Origin: Myxococcota bacterium
GTDB taxonomy: Bacteria; Myxococcota_A; UBA9160; JAFDDA01
Length of the DNA stretch: 64,000 nucleotides
Reading direction: 5' to 3'
Assembly: GCA_965228475.1 (NCBI GenBank)
Contig: OZ245817.1
Coordinates: 3,264,001-3,328,000, forward strand
Shown here piece by piece: positions 9,339 through 19,145 of this stretch. Every line of letters begins with the position of its first letter. The stretch's first letter is position 1. Made by a program: the position numbers and the translations under genes. The notes beneath the pieces were generated by a model. It was not told where the DNA came from. It did not search any database and saw only the letters and a list, made by a program, of their open reading frames with translations.

Positions 9339-10313
9339 CTAGGCGGCCGAGTTCGCACGAGATTGCCGATACTGGAGCCGCTTGCCCTCGATGCCTCGCA
9401 GGGCTTCGTCGGCCCGCTCCCCGTCGGTGAGATCGCGGTGGTTGTAGCGGAAGTCGTACTCGCCGACGTAGCGCTTCAAGTGCTGGCGGCTGACATGCTG
9501 ATAGATCCCGTTGAGCCCGCGCTTGAGGATCGAGAAGTAGCCCTCGACGGTGTTCGTGTAGACCTCGCCGCGGACGTACTCGCCCATCGAGTGGTTCACC
9601 TTCTCGTGGCCGCCCATTTCGCGGCCGATCGCCGTGTAGTACGCGGCCTCGTCGGTCATGATCGTCGTGGCCGGGTGAAGCTGGCGGCGGATCTCTTCCT
9701 TCACGATCTGCGCCGTCACGTTCGGGACGTGGACGGAGCGCAGGCGCCCACCACGCTCGACGAGCGTGATGATCTTCTTCTTGTCCTGGCCGTAGCTGCC
9801 CCACCGCTTGCGGTTCTTTGTCTCGCCTTCGCGGAGCTTGCGCTTGCTCGCAGGCGCGCGGTGGGGGCGGCGTCGCTTGCCGCCGATGTAGACCTCATCG
9901 ACCTCGACGACCTTGCCCGGGCCGCCCATCGGATCGCCGCCCTCGTCCCGCATCGCCTCCCGGATGCGGTGGGCCATGAACCAAGCCGTCTTGTAGGTGA
10001 CGCCGAGCGTGCGGTGGAGCTGGTGGCTGCTGATCCCCTTCTTCGAGGAGCAGAGCAGGTACGCGGCGAGCAGCCACTTGTCGAGGCCGACCTTGGACCG
10101 CTCGAAGACCGTTCCCACGGTCACGCTGTACTGCTTGCGGCAGCCCGCGCACTTGTAGAGGCCGGGCCGGTGGGCCTTGCCCTTCAGCTCGTAGGCGCCG
10201 TCGGCGCTGCCACAGTGCGGGCAGACCGGGCCGTTCGGCCAGCGGAGGGATTCGAGATATTCCCGAGCCTTTTCGGGGTCATGGAAGTGAGGGGCCTGGA
10301 TTTCGCTGCTCAT
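9339..10313 (-). CDS. IS1595-family (ISXO2-like) DDE transposase
   Basis: CPHC..YKCAGCRKQYSVTVGTVFE Zn ribbon; EVDEVYIGG, MTDEAAYY, NTVEGYFSILKR, YVGEYDFRYN. Confidence 0.96.
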   Translation of the reverse strand: MSSEIQAPHFHDPEKAREYLESLRWPNGPVCPHCGSADGAYELKGKAHRPGLYKCAGCRKQYSVTVGTVFERSKVGLDKWLLAAYLLCSSKKGISSHQLHRTLGVTYKTAWFMAHRIREAMRDEGGDPMGGPGKVVEVDEVYIGGKRRRPHRAPASKRKLREGETKNRKRWGSYGQDKKKIITLVERGGRLRSVHVPNVTAQIVKEEIRRQLHPATTIMTDEAAYYTAIGREMGGHEKVNHSMGEYVRGEVYTNTVEGYFSILKRGLNGIYQHVSRQHLKRYVGEYDFRYNHRDLTDGERADEALRGIEGKRLQYRQSRANSAA

Positions 10314-10419
10314 GGCCCCATTGTCCCTCGACGGGGTGGGTTCGTCAAGTATACAGTCGTCGTCAAGCCGGGCTGAGGCCCGCGAGCTGCCCCGCGGGGC
10401 GTGGATGTTCCGGGGCCGG

Positions 10420-11901
10420 CTAGGGCTGAACGACCTCGATCGGGCCGAGACCTGCCAGGGCCTCCTGGAGGGCCTCGGCGGGCCCGACCGCCACGATGGC
10501 GGCCCGCCCCGGCGCCAGGCGGGTCTTCGCCGCCCGGGCCGCGTCCTCGGAGGTCACGGCGGCCACCCGGGCGCGGTAGGTGTCGAGCCCGTCCCGAGGC
10601 AGCCCGTAGAGGTCGAGATCGACCAGGGAGCCGAGGATCGCCGTCGAGGTCTCGAGGCCGAGGGCGAAGCCGCCGGCCGCGTAGGTCTTGGCGTGGGCGA
10701 GCTCCTCGGCGGTCGGGGGATTCGTCTGGATGCCTTCGAGCTCGGCGAGGATGAAGTCGATGGTCCGCCGCGCCTGGGCCACGCGCGTCGCCGTCCCCAC
10801 CTGGAACGGCCCGGGCGCGCGGCGCAGGGAGAAGCCGGAGCGGACGCCGTAGGCCAGGCCCTCGCGCTCGCGGATCACCGTCATCAGGCGTGAGGAGAAG
10901 CCGCCGGCGCCGAGGGTGCTGTTCATCAGGGCGATCCCGATGCGCTCCGGGTCCTCGCGGCGCATGCCGTCGTGGCCCACGCGGATCTGGACCTGCCCGA
11001 GATCCGGCCGGTCGACGATGACGACCTTGCGCGCCGCCGGCGCGGGCGAGGCCGGGAGCGGCCCGGGCGCGGGAACCGGCCCCGTGGCCCAATCGCCGAA
11101 GGCCGCCTTCGCGCGCTCGACGAAATCCTTCGGGTCGACGTCGCCCGCGGCGTAGAGGATCGCGTTCGCGGGAACGAACACCCGGGCGTGGAAGGCGCGG
11201 GCCTTCTCCGCGTCCAGGGTCGCGACGCTCTCGGGCGTGCCGGACAGCGGCAGCCCGAAGCGATGCTCGCCGTAGAGAGCCTTCGCGAAGTTCCACGAGG
11301 CGAGCGTCGCCGGTTGATCCTTCGCGCGCTCGAGGGCGGCGAGCGTCTGACTCCGGAGCTTCTCGGCTTCGTCCGGTGCGAGGTTCGGGCGGAGGACGAG
11401 GTCCGCCAGCACGCCGAACAGCGCGTCGAGATCCCGGGAGAGGCCGGAGACGCTGGCTTCGACCGAATCCCACCCCGCGCCGACTCCGAAGGAAGCGCCG
11501 AGGCCATCGACCGCCTTGGCCAGGGCGAGGGCGTCGCGGCCTCCCGCGCCGCGCTCCATCAAGGAGGCGAGGAAGCTCGCGGTCCCCGCCTCGGACGGCG
11601 GCTCGACCGCCCCACCCCGCCGCACCGCCAGCCCGAGGTCCACCTGCGGCAGCCCGTGGTCTTCGTAGACCATGACGCGCAGGCCGTTCTCGAGCGTCGA
11701 GACGTGCAGGCGCTCGCCGTCGACGATGGGGCCGGTCTCGATCTCGGGCTTCGGATCCTTCCAGCTCTGGTAGGGCTCCGGGGCAGGAGCCGACGCCATC
11801 GGCGAGGGAACGGGCGGCATCCCGGAACCGCCGACGTCGTCGGCGACGAGGGCGGGAGCGAAACCCAGGAGGCCCGCGGCGACGATCGCGCGCAGCATCA
11901 T
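10420..11901 (-). CDS. M16 (pitrilysin-family) peptidase, non-catalytic subunit, secreted
   Basis: Signal peptide; LENGLRV, GTASFLASLMERG (HxxEH absent), FSSRLM..IREREGLAYG. Confidence 0.9.
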   Translation of the reverse strand: MMLRAIVAAGLLGFAPALVADDVGGSGMPPVPSPMASAPAPEPYQSWKDPKPEIETGPIVDGERLHVSTLENGLRVMVYEDHGLPQVDLGLAVRRGGAVEPPSEAGTASFLASLMERGAGGRDALALAKAVDGLGASFGVGAGWDSVEASVSGLSRDLDALFGVLADLVLRPNLAPDEAEKLRSQTLAALERAKDQPATLASWNFAKALYGEHRFGLPLSGTPESVATLDAEKARAFHARVFVPANAILYAAGDVDPKDFVERAKAAFGDWATGPVPAPGPLPASPAPAARKVVIVDRPDLGQVQIRVGHDGMRREDPERIGIALMNSTLGAGGFSSRLMTVIREREGLAYGVRSGFSLRRAPGPFQVGTATRVAQARRTIDFILAELEGIQTNPPTAEELAHAKTYAAGGFALGLETSTAILGSLVDLDLYGLPRDGLDTYRARVAAVTSEDAARAAKTRLAPGRAAIVAVGPAEALQEALAGLGPIEVVQP

Positions 11902-13310
11902 TTCGAGCCTCCTTCCGCCGGCGCCTCGGGCGCCGCGGCTTCTGCGGATTCCTCGGCGGCCGGTGCCTCCGCGGGTTCCTCGGCGGGCGGGGGCACCACG
12001 TGCACCACCGTGCGTTTCTCCGGAACGAGGTAGGTCTGGATCACGCGCTGGACGTCTTCCCCGGTCACGGCCTGGAACTGGGCCAGGAGCTCCGGCAGCG
12101 GACGGATGCGGCCGAAGGTCACCCAGTCGCGGCCGATCCGGGAAGCCAGGGAGTGGGCGGTCTCGAGCCCGCCGATGAAGGCGACCTCGATCTTGCGCTT
12201 GGCCTTGTCGAGTTCCTCGGCGGTCGGCGGCTCGCTGCCGAGCTTCGCGAGCTCCTCGAAGAACATCGCCTCGACCTCGTCGATCGAACCGCCCGGGCGC
12301 ACGCTCGCGAAGGCGTAGAAGACCCCGGCGTCCTTGAGTTCCCACCAGGCGCCGCTGGCCGAGAGCGCCTTTTCCTCTTCGTAGACGAGGCGGCGGTAGA
12401 GGCGGCTCGAACGGCCCGAAGAGAGGATCTCCGCGGCGACGTCGAGGGCCGGCCCGTCCGGGTGCCCGCTCGGCGGCGCGTGGAAGGCCGCGGCGAGGAT
12501 CGGCGCGCGCACGTCGAAGTGCACCGTGGCCCGGCGCTCGCCCTTCTGCTCGGGCTCCGTCGTCGGGTTGCGCGGGATCGTGGCCGCCGGCTCGAGCTTC
12601 GCGAAGGCGCCGCGGATGCGCGCGAGCGTGGCTTCGAGCGGGAAGTTCCCGGCCACGGCGAGCACCAGGTTGTTCGGCGCGTAGTAGGCGTCGAAGAACT
12701 CCTGGCAGGCCTCCACCGTCACCTGCTCGACGTCGCTGCGCCAGCCGATCACGGGCCAGCGGTAAGGGTGCGCGTGGAAGGCCGTCGCGAGCAACGCCTC
12801 GAAGGCGCGGCCCTGGGGCGAGTCCTCGGTGCGCATGCGGCGCTCTTCGAGCACGACCTCGCGCTCGCTCGTGAGCATCTCTTCGGTGACGACGAGGTTC
12901 GCGAAGCGCTCCGCCTCGAGGTCGATCACGAGCGGCAGGGCATCCGGCGTGACGTCCTCGAAGTAGACCGTGACGTCCTTGCTGGTGAAGGCGTTGATGC
13001 GGCCGCCGCGCTCCTCGACGTACTGCGCGTGCTCCTCGGGCGCGATGTTCTTCGAGCCCTTGAACATCATGTGCTCGAAGAGGTGGGCGATGCCCGTGTA
13101 GCGGCTCTCGTCGCGGGCGCCGGCCTTGACCCAGATCTGGAGCGAGACGACGGGCGTGCTCGGGTCCGGCAGGGCCAGCACGGTGAGGCCGTTCTCGAGC
13201 ACCTCGACGTGGGTGCCGAGGGCGACGTCTTCGATCTCGGCCGTGGCGGCCGGAGCGAAGGAGATGACGAGAAAGAGAAGGAACAGCGAACGACGGGCCG
13301 TTTCGAGCAT
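11898..13310 (-). CDS. M16 zinc peptidase, catalytic subunit, secreted
   Basis: Signal peptide; GIAHLFEHMMFKGS inverted zinc motif; EREVVLEERR; ATGA coupling to partner. Confidence 0.93.
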   Translation of the reverse strand: MLETARRSLFLLFLVISFAPAATAEIEDVALGTHVEVLENGLTVLALPDPSTPVVSLQIWVKAGARDESRYTGIAHLFEHMMFKGSKNIAPEEHAQYVEERGGRINAFTSKDVTVYFEDVTPDALPLVIDLEAERFANLVVTEEMLTSEREVVLEERRMRTEDSPQGRAFEALLATAFHAHPYRWPVIGWRSDVEQVTVEACQEFFDAYYAPNNLVLAVAGNFPLEATLARIRGAFAKLEPAATIPRNPTTEPEQKGERRATVHFDVRAPILAAAFHAPPSGHPDGPALDVAAEILSSGRSSRLYRRLVYEEEKALSASGAWWELKDAGVFYAFASVRPGGSIDEVEAMFFEELAKLGSEPPTAEELDKAKRKIEVAFIGGLETAHSLASRIGRDWVTFGRIRPLPELLAQFQAVTGEDVQRVIQTYLVPEKRTVVHVVPPPAEEPAEAPAAEESAEAAAPEAPAEGGSK

Positions 13311-13361
13311 GGCGGCGTAACGTATCCGCCGGCCCCGGGTCTGTCGAGCGAAGGAGAGGTC

Positions 13362-13781
13362 TTGGAAGACGATGCCTTGCGCGAGCTGTTCGCTGCGACG
13401 AAGACGATCGCGGTGCTCGGCATCAAAGCCGACCCGGCGGAAGACGCCTTCCGCGTCGCGGACTATCTGGCTCGAACCGGCCATCGGATCCTCCCGGTGA
13501 ATCCCAAGCTCGACACCGTGCTCGGCCAGCCCTGCGTGCCGGACCTGGCCGCCCTCGCCGAACCGGCGGACCTCGTCGACGTCTTCCGTGCGCCCGCCCA
13601 CCTGCCGGGGCACGTCGACGAGATCCTCGAGCTAGCGACCCCGCCGCGCGCGGTCTGGTTCCAGCTCGGGATCCGGGACGACGCCTCGGCGGAACGCCTG
13701 CGCGCCGCGGGCATCGACGTCGTCCAGGACCGCTGTCTGATGGTCGAACACCGCCGGCTGCTCGGAGCGCCCTCCCAGTGA
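13362..13781 (+). CDS. CoA-binding protein (YccU-like)
   Basis: AAGGAG SD then TTG; TIAVLG, PVNP, DLVDVFR, VWFQLGI, VVQDRCLMVEH. Confidence 0.9.
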   Translation: MEDDALRELFAATKTIAVLGIKADPAEDAFRVADYLARTGHRILPVNPKLDTVLGQPCVPDLAALAEPADLVDVFRAPAHLPGHVDEILELATPPRAVWFQLGIRDDASAERLRAAGIDVVQDRCLMVEHRRLLGAPSQ

Positions 13782-14155
13782 GCCGCAACGACCGCAGGGC
13801 GGCCGGGAACGACCGCACCGTCTACTCCTCCCACGCGGGCCGCGTCTGCCCCGGCTGCAACATGCCCACCGCCCAGTGCCAGTGTCGGCGCAAGCGCGAC
13901 GCCGCGCCGGCGGGCGACGGCGTCGTCCGCGTGCGCCGCGAGGTGAAGGGGCGCCGGGGGAAGCCGGTGACGACGATCTCGGGAGTCCCGCTCGGCGCGG
14001 ATGCGCTGCGGGACCTGGCCGGCGAGCTGAAGCGCCGCTGCGGGAGCGGCGGCTCCGCCAAGGACGGCGTGATCGAGATCCAGGGCGACCATCGGGAGAC
14101 CGTGATCCCGCTGCTCGAAGCCGAGGGCTACACGGTCAAGCGCGCCGGCGGCTGA
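13778..14155 (+). CDS. yciH: SUI1/eIF1-like translation factor
   Basis: VRVRREVKGRRGKPVT..LKRRCGSGGSAKDGVIEIQGDHR. Confidence 0.93.
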   Translation: MSRNDRRAAGNDRTVYSSHAGRVCPGCNMPTAQCQCRRKRDAAPAGDGVVRVRREVKGRRGKPVTTISGVPLGADALRDLAGELKRRCGSGGSAKDGVIEIQGDHRETVIPLLEAEGYTVKRAGG

Positions 14156-14162
14156 GCCCCGA

Positions 14163-14915
14163 TCAGTCCGCATCTCCGCGCGCGTCGCGCGACTCCCAGC
14201 GCTCGTGGCGCCGCTGCATCCAGCGCACGGCGAAGGTGTCGACGAGACCCACGAACAGGCGGTTCCCGATCCCGTACTTCGACTCGCCGTAGCGGCGCGG
14301 CCGGTGCGCCACGGGCATCTCGATCACCCGCGCGCCTTCGAGGCGCAGGAGCGTCGGCAGGAAGCGGTGCATGCCGCGGAACATCTTCACGCGCTTGGCG
14401 TGTTCGGCGCGCACCACGCGCAGGGCACAGCCGACGTCGGTGACCGTCTCCTCGGTCATCCAGTTGCGGAATCCGTTGGCGATCTTCGAGGACATGCGCC
14501 GGACCCAGTCGTCCTGGCGCTCGGCGCGGACGCCGTTCACGCAGTCGGCCTCGTCGAGGCGCGCCATCAGCTTCGGAATGTCGGCCGGATCGTTCTGGAG
14601 GTCCGCATCGAGGGTGGCGATGATCTCGCCGCGGGCCGCGTGGAAGCCCGCCTCGAAGGCCGCGGACTGGCCGTGGTTCGCCTCGAGGGCGACGGGCACG
14701 ACGCGCGGGTCCTTCGCGGAGAGCCGCCGCATCACGGCGAGGCTCGCGTCCCGGCTGCCGTCGTCCACCAACACGAACTCGACGCCGCCCTCGACGCCCG
14801 AGAGCGCCGCATCGAGCTCCCGGTGCAGGGGCTCGAGGGAATCCTCTTCGTTGTAGACGGGCACCACCACCGACAGCCGCGGCGGCGACGCTTCGCTTCT
14901 CGGGTCCAACGGCAT
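14163..14915 (-). CDS. GT2 glycosyltransferase (polyprenol-phosphate sugar synthase, DPM1/ArnC-like)
   Basis: SVVVPVYNEE, VDDGSRD, NHGQSAA, TLDADLQNDPADIP, HRFLP, GESKYG. Confidence 0.92.
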   Translation of the reverse strand: MPLDPRSEASPPRLSVVVPVYNEEDSLEPLHRELDAALSGVEGGVEFVLVDDGSRDASLAVMRRLSAKDPRVVPVALEANHGQSAAFEAGFHAARGEIIATLDADLQNDPADIPKLMARLDEADCVNGVRAERQDDWVRRMSSKIANGFRNWMTEETVTDVGCALRVVRAEHAKRVKMFRGMHRFLPTLLRLEGARVIEMPVAHRPRRYGESKYGIGNRLFVGLVDTFAVRWMQRRHERWESRDARGDAD

Positions 14916-15026
14916 TCCCCCTCGATCCACGGGCACGGCCCGACGGCGGAAGGTAACGTCCCGCCGCCCGCGCAGGCAGCCCCTGCGCGCCCGGAACCCC
15001 CGGAGCCGAACGAAGGAGCGAGCCTC

Positions 15027-16682
15027 GTGGAGAATTCGAGCTGGAACCGCGCACGCGCCGCGCTCCTCGCTGCGGCCCTCCTGCTGTTCCTGCCGAACGT
15101 CGCCTCGCTCGGGCTCTGGGCCCCCGACGAGCCCCGGGCCGCCGCCGTCACGCGCGAGATGTTCGCCATGAAGCACGGCGCCGAGAGCCTCGTCCTCCTG
15201 CGCCTGAACGAAGAGCCGTACACGCAGAAGCCGCCGCTCTACTACTGGATGGCCTCGGCCGTCTCGCTGCTGCCCGGCGAGGTCACCGAGTGGAGCGCGC
15301 GGACGCCTTCGATCCTCGCGGGGCTGGCGACGCTCTGGCTCACCCTCGCCTTCGGCCGACGGCTGTTCGACGCGCCAACCGCGCTCCTCGGCGCCGCGAT
15401 CCTGCTGACGACGTTCTCCTTCGCCGAGCTCTCGCGCCGCGTGCAGTTCGACGTGGTGCTGACCTTCTTCGAGCTCGGCGCCCTGGCCGCGTTCTGGCGC
15501 ATGGACCGCGGCGCGGGCGACCCGAACCGGAACCGGCTGCTCGCCCACGCGAGCATGGGGCTCGCGCTGCTCGTGAAGGGGCCGGTCGGGTTCCTCCTGC
15601 CCGTGCTCTCCTGGGCCGGCTTCCTCTGGGCCGACGGCCGCCTGCGCGAGATCGGGCGGATCTTCTCGCCCGGCGCGCTGCTGCTCTCGCTCGGGCCGAT
15701 CCTCGCCTGGCTCGGCGGCGCGGTCGCCCTGGCCCCGCCGGGTTTCTTCGGCACCGCCGTCGGCGGCGGCGTCGTCTCCCGCTTCTTCGAAGGCACCTCC
15801 CACGCGCGGCCCTTCTACTACTTCCTCTACCAGTTCCCGGTCGAGTTCCTGCCCTGGACCCTGCTCGCTCCGGCCGTGGTGAGCGTCGGCCGGCGGGAGG
15901 TCTTCGGCTCGGACGAATCGAACGGCGACAGGCGCCGGGCCTGGCGCTTCGCCCTGGCCTGCCTGGCCGTGACCTTCGTCTTCTTCAGCCTCTCGGCGGG
16001 CAAGCGCGGGCTCTACGTCCTCCCCTGCTTCCCGGTGCTCGCCCTGCTCTGCGCGGACGCGCTGCGCGGCCTGCTCGCGCGCAGCGGCGCGCCCCCGCGC
16101 TGGCTCGGTGTGACGTTCGGCGCACTCGGGCTGGCGCTCGCGGCGCTCGGCGTGTGGTCGCTCACCCAGGACGACGTGGCGGGAGCGCACGTCCCGCTCG
16201 TCGTCAGCCTCGGGCTCGTCGCGATCCCCGTCGCCGCGGCGGTCGGCTGGCTCCGCGTGGTGCGCCGGAATCGGCCGCTCGCGATCGCCGCCGTACTCGT
16301 CCTCGCCGCCTGGGCCGTGCTCGCCGTCGTCTTCGGACGCCTCTACCCCGCCCTCGACCCGGTGCGCTCGATGAAGCTCGTGGCGGAAGCGGCAAGACGC
16401 CACACCCCGAGCGAGCAACCCCTCGCGCTGCTCGGCTCACGCCCGATGATCGGCGGCCTCTCCTACTACGCCGAGGGCCCGATCCATTGGATCGACGACC
16501 TCGAGGACGTCCCCGCGTACTTCGAAAGTGGCGGCGTCGCGTTGATCACCAAGGCGAGCAAGCTCGAACGCCTTCAGGCGATCGCACCCGTGACCGTTCG
16601 CGAGACCGTGCGCGAAGGCGATCGCGCACTGCTGATCGTTCGGTACACGCCCGACGGCGAAGCCCCCCCAGGGAGGCAATAG
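15027..16682 (+). CDS. ArnT/GT83-family membrane glycosyltransferase
   Basis: AAGGAG SD then GTG; LWAPDEPR, KPPLYYW, LVKGPVG, GKRGLYVLP; many TM helices. Confidence 0.9.
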   Translation: MENSSWNRARAALLAAALLLFLPNVASLGLWAPDEPRAAAVTREMFAMKHGAESLVLLRLNEEPYTQKPPLYYWMASAVSLLPGEVTEWSARTPSILAGLATLWLTLAFGRRLFDAPTALLGAAILLTTFSFAELSRRVQFDVVLTFFELGALAAFWRMDRGAGDPNRNRLLAHASMGLALLVKGPVGFLLPVLSWAGFLWADGRLREIGRIFSPGALLLSLGPILAWLGGAVALAPPGFFGTAVGGGVVSRFFEGTSHARPFYYFLYQFPVEFLPWTLLAPAVVSVGRREVFGSDESNGDRRRAWRFALACLAVTFVFFSLSAGKRGLYVLPCFPVLALLCADALRGLLARSGAPPRWLGVTFGALGLALAALGVWSLTQDDVAGAHVPLVVSLGLVAIPVAAAVGWLRVVRRNRPLAIAAVLVLAAWAVLAVVFGRLYPALDPVRSMKLVAEAARRHTPSEQPLALLGSRPMIGGLSYYAEGPIHWIDDLEDVPAYFESGGVALITKASKLERLQAIAPVTVRETVREGDRALLIVRYTPDGEAPPGRQ

Positions 16683-16784
16683 AGCGCCGTTTGAGCTAGT
16701 TTTCCGTTCGTCCCGCGCTCATCCGAAGCTCCGACGGGACAACGCCCAAAGCCCGGCAGTCCGCAGCGAGAGGAGGCAGGAAGC

Positions 16785-18068
16785 ATGTCCAAGACGGCAG
16801 AATTGCGATTCGACGACGAAACGGTCGAACTCCCCATGATCGAGGGGACCGAAGGCGAACGCGCCATCGACATCGGCAAGCTCCGCGGCCAGACGGGCCT
16901 GATCACCCTCGACCCGGGCTACGTCAACACCGGCTCCTGCACGAGCGCGATCACCTTCATCGACGGCGAGAAGGGCATCCTGCGCTACCGCGGATACTCG
17001 ATCGAGGAGCTCTCGGAGAAGAGCACGTTCCTCGAGGTCGCGTACCTGCTCATGTACGGCGAGCTGCCGAAGCGCGAGGAGCTCCACGCCTTCGTCGATT
17101 CCATCCGCCGGCACACCATGCTCCACGAGGACTTCAAGAAGTTCTTCAACGCCCTTCCGAAGGACGCCCATCCGATGGCGGCCTGCGCGGCAGCGGTCGG
17201 CGCGCTCTCGACGTTCTACCCGGACTCTCTCGACCCGGCCGACCCCCAGCAGCTCGAGGTCTCGACCCACCGGCTGATCGCGAAGCTGCCGACGCTGGCG
17301 TCCTACGCCTACAAGCACTCGATCGGTCAGCCCTTCATGTACCCGGACAACCGGCTCTCCTACGTCGGGAACTTCCTGCACATGATGTTCGCGACGCCGT
17401 GCGAGGCCTTCGAGGTCGATCCGGTCGTGCGCAAGGCCATCGACCTTCTGCTGATCCTCCACGCGGACCACGAGCAGAACTGCTCGGCGAGCACCGTGCG
17501 GCTGGTCGGCTCCTCGATGGCGAACCTGTTCGCTTCGATCTCGGCCGGCATCACCGCGCTCTGGGGCCCGCGCCACGGCGGCGCCAACCAGGACGTGATC
17601 GAGATGCTGATCGCGATCCGCGACGAAGGCATCACGGCGAGCGAGTTCGTCGACCGCGCCAAGCAGGGCGACCCCTCGGCGCGGCTGACGGGCTTCGGCC
17701 ACCGCGTCTACAAGAACTACGACCCGCGCGCGAAGGTCATCAAGAAGGCCTGCACGGACGTGCTCGAGAAGCTCGGCATCCACTCGAAGCTGCTCGAGAT
17801 CGGCATGGAGCTCGAGGAGATCGCGCTCAAGGACGACTACTTCGTCGAGCGCAAGCTCTATCCGAACGTCGACTTCTACTCGGGCATCATCTACAACGCG
17901 ATCGGCACGCCGGCGAACATGTTCACGGCGATGTTCGCCATCGGCCGCCTGCCGGGCTGGATCGCCCAGTGGATGGAGATGCACGACGACAAGCACAAGA
18001 TCGGCCGCCCGCGGCAGATCTACGTCGGCGCGAACCAGCGCGACTACGTCGAGCTCGAAGATCGCTAG
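16785..18068 (+). CDS. gltA: Citrate synthase (type II)
   Basis: DPGYVNT, ILHADHEQN, WGPRHGGAN, GFGHRVY, YPNVDFYSG. Confidence 0.97.
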   Translation: MSKTAELRFDDETVELPMIEGTEGERAIDIGKLRGQTGLITLDPGYVNTGSCTSAITFIDGEKGILRYRGYSIEELSEKSTFLEVAYLLMYGELPKREELHAFVDSIRRHTMLHEDFKKFFNALPKDAHPMAACAAAVGALSTFYPDSLDPADPQQLEVSTHRLIAKLPTLASYAYKHSIGQPFMYPDNRLSYVGNFLHMMFATPCEAFEVDPVVRKAIDLLLILHADHEQNCSASTVRLVGSSMANLFASISAGITALWGPRHGGANQDVIEMLIAIRDEGITASEFVDRAKQGDPSARLTGFGHRVYKNYDPRAKVIKKACTDVLEKLGIHSKLLEIGMELEEIALKDDYFVERKLYPNVDFYSGIIYNAIGTPANMFTAMFAIGRLPGWIAQWMEMHDDKHKIGRPRQIYVGANQRDYVELEDR

Positions 18069-18801
18069 CGAGCCGCTCGAGGGCTGCTTCACCACGGCGC
18101 GCTGGACCGGCGCGGGCATCGCGTTCCTCGAGCGCCACGCGGCGCGCGTCGTCCGCGACGCCGCCCGGCTCCGGCTCGCGTGCCCGGAGCCGGAGCGCAT
18201 CGCCGAAGCGCTCGCGCGGGGCGGGGCCGAGACCTTCGGCAGCGAGCCGGGGATCGTGCGGCTCGCCCTCCTTCCGGGCAGCGAACTCGAAGTCCACACC
18301 CGCGCCCTCGGCGAAGACCCGCCCGCCTGGCGGGCCGTCATCGCCCCCTTCACTCACGAGGACGACCCCGCGCCCGGCGGCGCCAAGCTCCAGAGCCGCC
18401 CGCTCTACTCCCGCGCCACCGGCTTCGCCGACGCGGCGGGCGTCGAGGAAGCGATCCTGTTCGACACCGAGGAGCGGCTCGTCGAGGGCGCGCGCACGAC
18501 GCTCGTCTTCGTCGATGCGGACGGCGCCGCATCGCCGCCGGCTGCACGTGGCGGCGTCACGAGCATCGCGCTCGGCGTGCTCGAAGACGAAGACCTCGTC
18601 GCCCGGCGCGACTGCACGCGGGAGGAACTCGAAGGGCTCTCGGAGCTCATCGCCATCAACGCCGTGCGAGGCGCCCGCGCGATCACCGAGCTCGACGGCC
18701 AGCCCGTCGGCGACGGCGGCATCGGGCCGGCGGCGGAGCGGCTCGGCCGGGTGCTCGAGGAGCAGGCCGGGGCCTCCGCCACCGCCCCTTCAACTGCGTG
18801 A
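18061..18801 (+). CDS. Class IV PLP aminotransferase / PabC-like protein (start uncertain; no canonical start upstream of conserved N-terminus)
   Basis: GCFTTAR..FLERHAARV, GAK (PLP Lys), EEAILFD..LVEGART, INAVRG, LDG..G. Confidence 0.7.
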   Translation: MASEPLEGCFTTARWTGAGIAFLERHAARVVRDAARLRLACPEPERIAEALARGGAETFGSEPGIVRLALLPGSELEVHTRALGEDPPAWRAVIAPFTHEDDPAPGGAKLQSRPLYSRATGFADAAGVEEAILFDTEERLVEGARTTLVFVDADGAASPPAARGGVTSIALGVLEDEDLVARRDCTREELEGLSELIAINAVRGARAITELDGQPVGDGGIGPAAERLGRVLEEQAGASATAPSTA

Positions 18802-18911
18802 GATCCTTAGGCTTTCTGACCCACCGTTGCAGCCCCTCGCACCGGCCGCCGGTGGTAGGATGAGGTTGGCCCTGGGATGCGGAGCCAGCGAGAGCTGGGC
18901 CGGAGCCTCCC

Positions 18912-19145
18912 ATGGTTCGATCCCTCCACCGCAACGCATTCACGCTGATCGCCGCCGGAGCGCTGCTGCTCGGAGGCGCGGCCCAGGCCGCGCCGGTCGC
19001 GACGAACATCGTCATGGAGATTCGCATCGGCGACGTCGCCCATTTCTCGTTCTCCGGTGCGGGCACCGTTTCCGTCACCGGAAGTACGGTCTCGATCGGG
19101 CCGGGCGCGATCCTCAGCCTCCGAAGGAGACGAAACGATGCGTAG
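18912..19145 (+). pseudogene. Truncated third paralog of the adjacent PEP-CTERM proteins
   Basis: Signal peptide + AAPVATNIV..FSFSGAGTVSVTGSTVSIGPGA matches the N-termini of the next two genes, then runs into their SD and stops. Confidence 0.75.

Larger units (their letters stand above)
8491..10361 (-). mobile_element. IS1595-family insertion sequence with passenger genes (transporter IS, ISNwi1-like)
   Basis: Imperfect TIRs with core TATACTT(A/G)ACGAACCCA 8 nt inside each end; GTCAAGCC duplicated at 8483-8490 and 10362-10369; DDE transposase inside. Confidence 0.9.
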
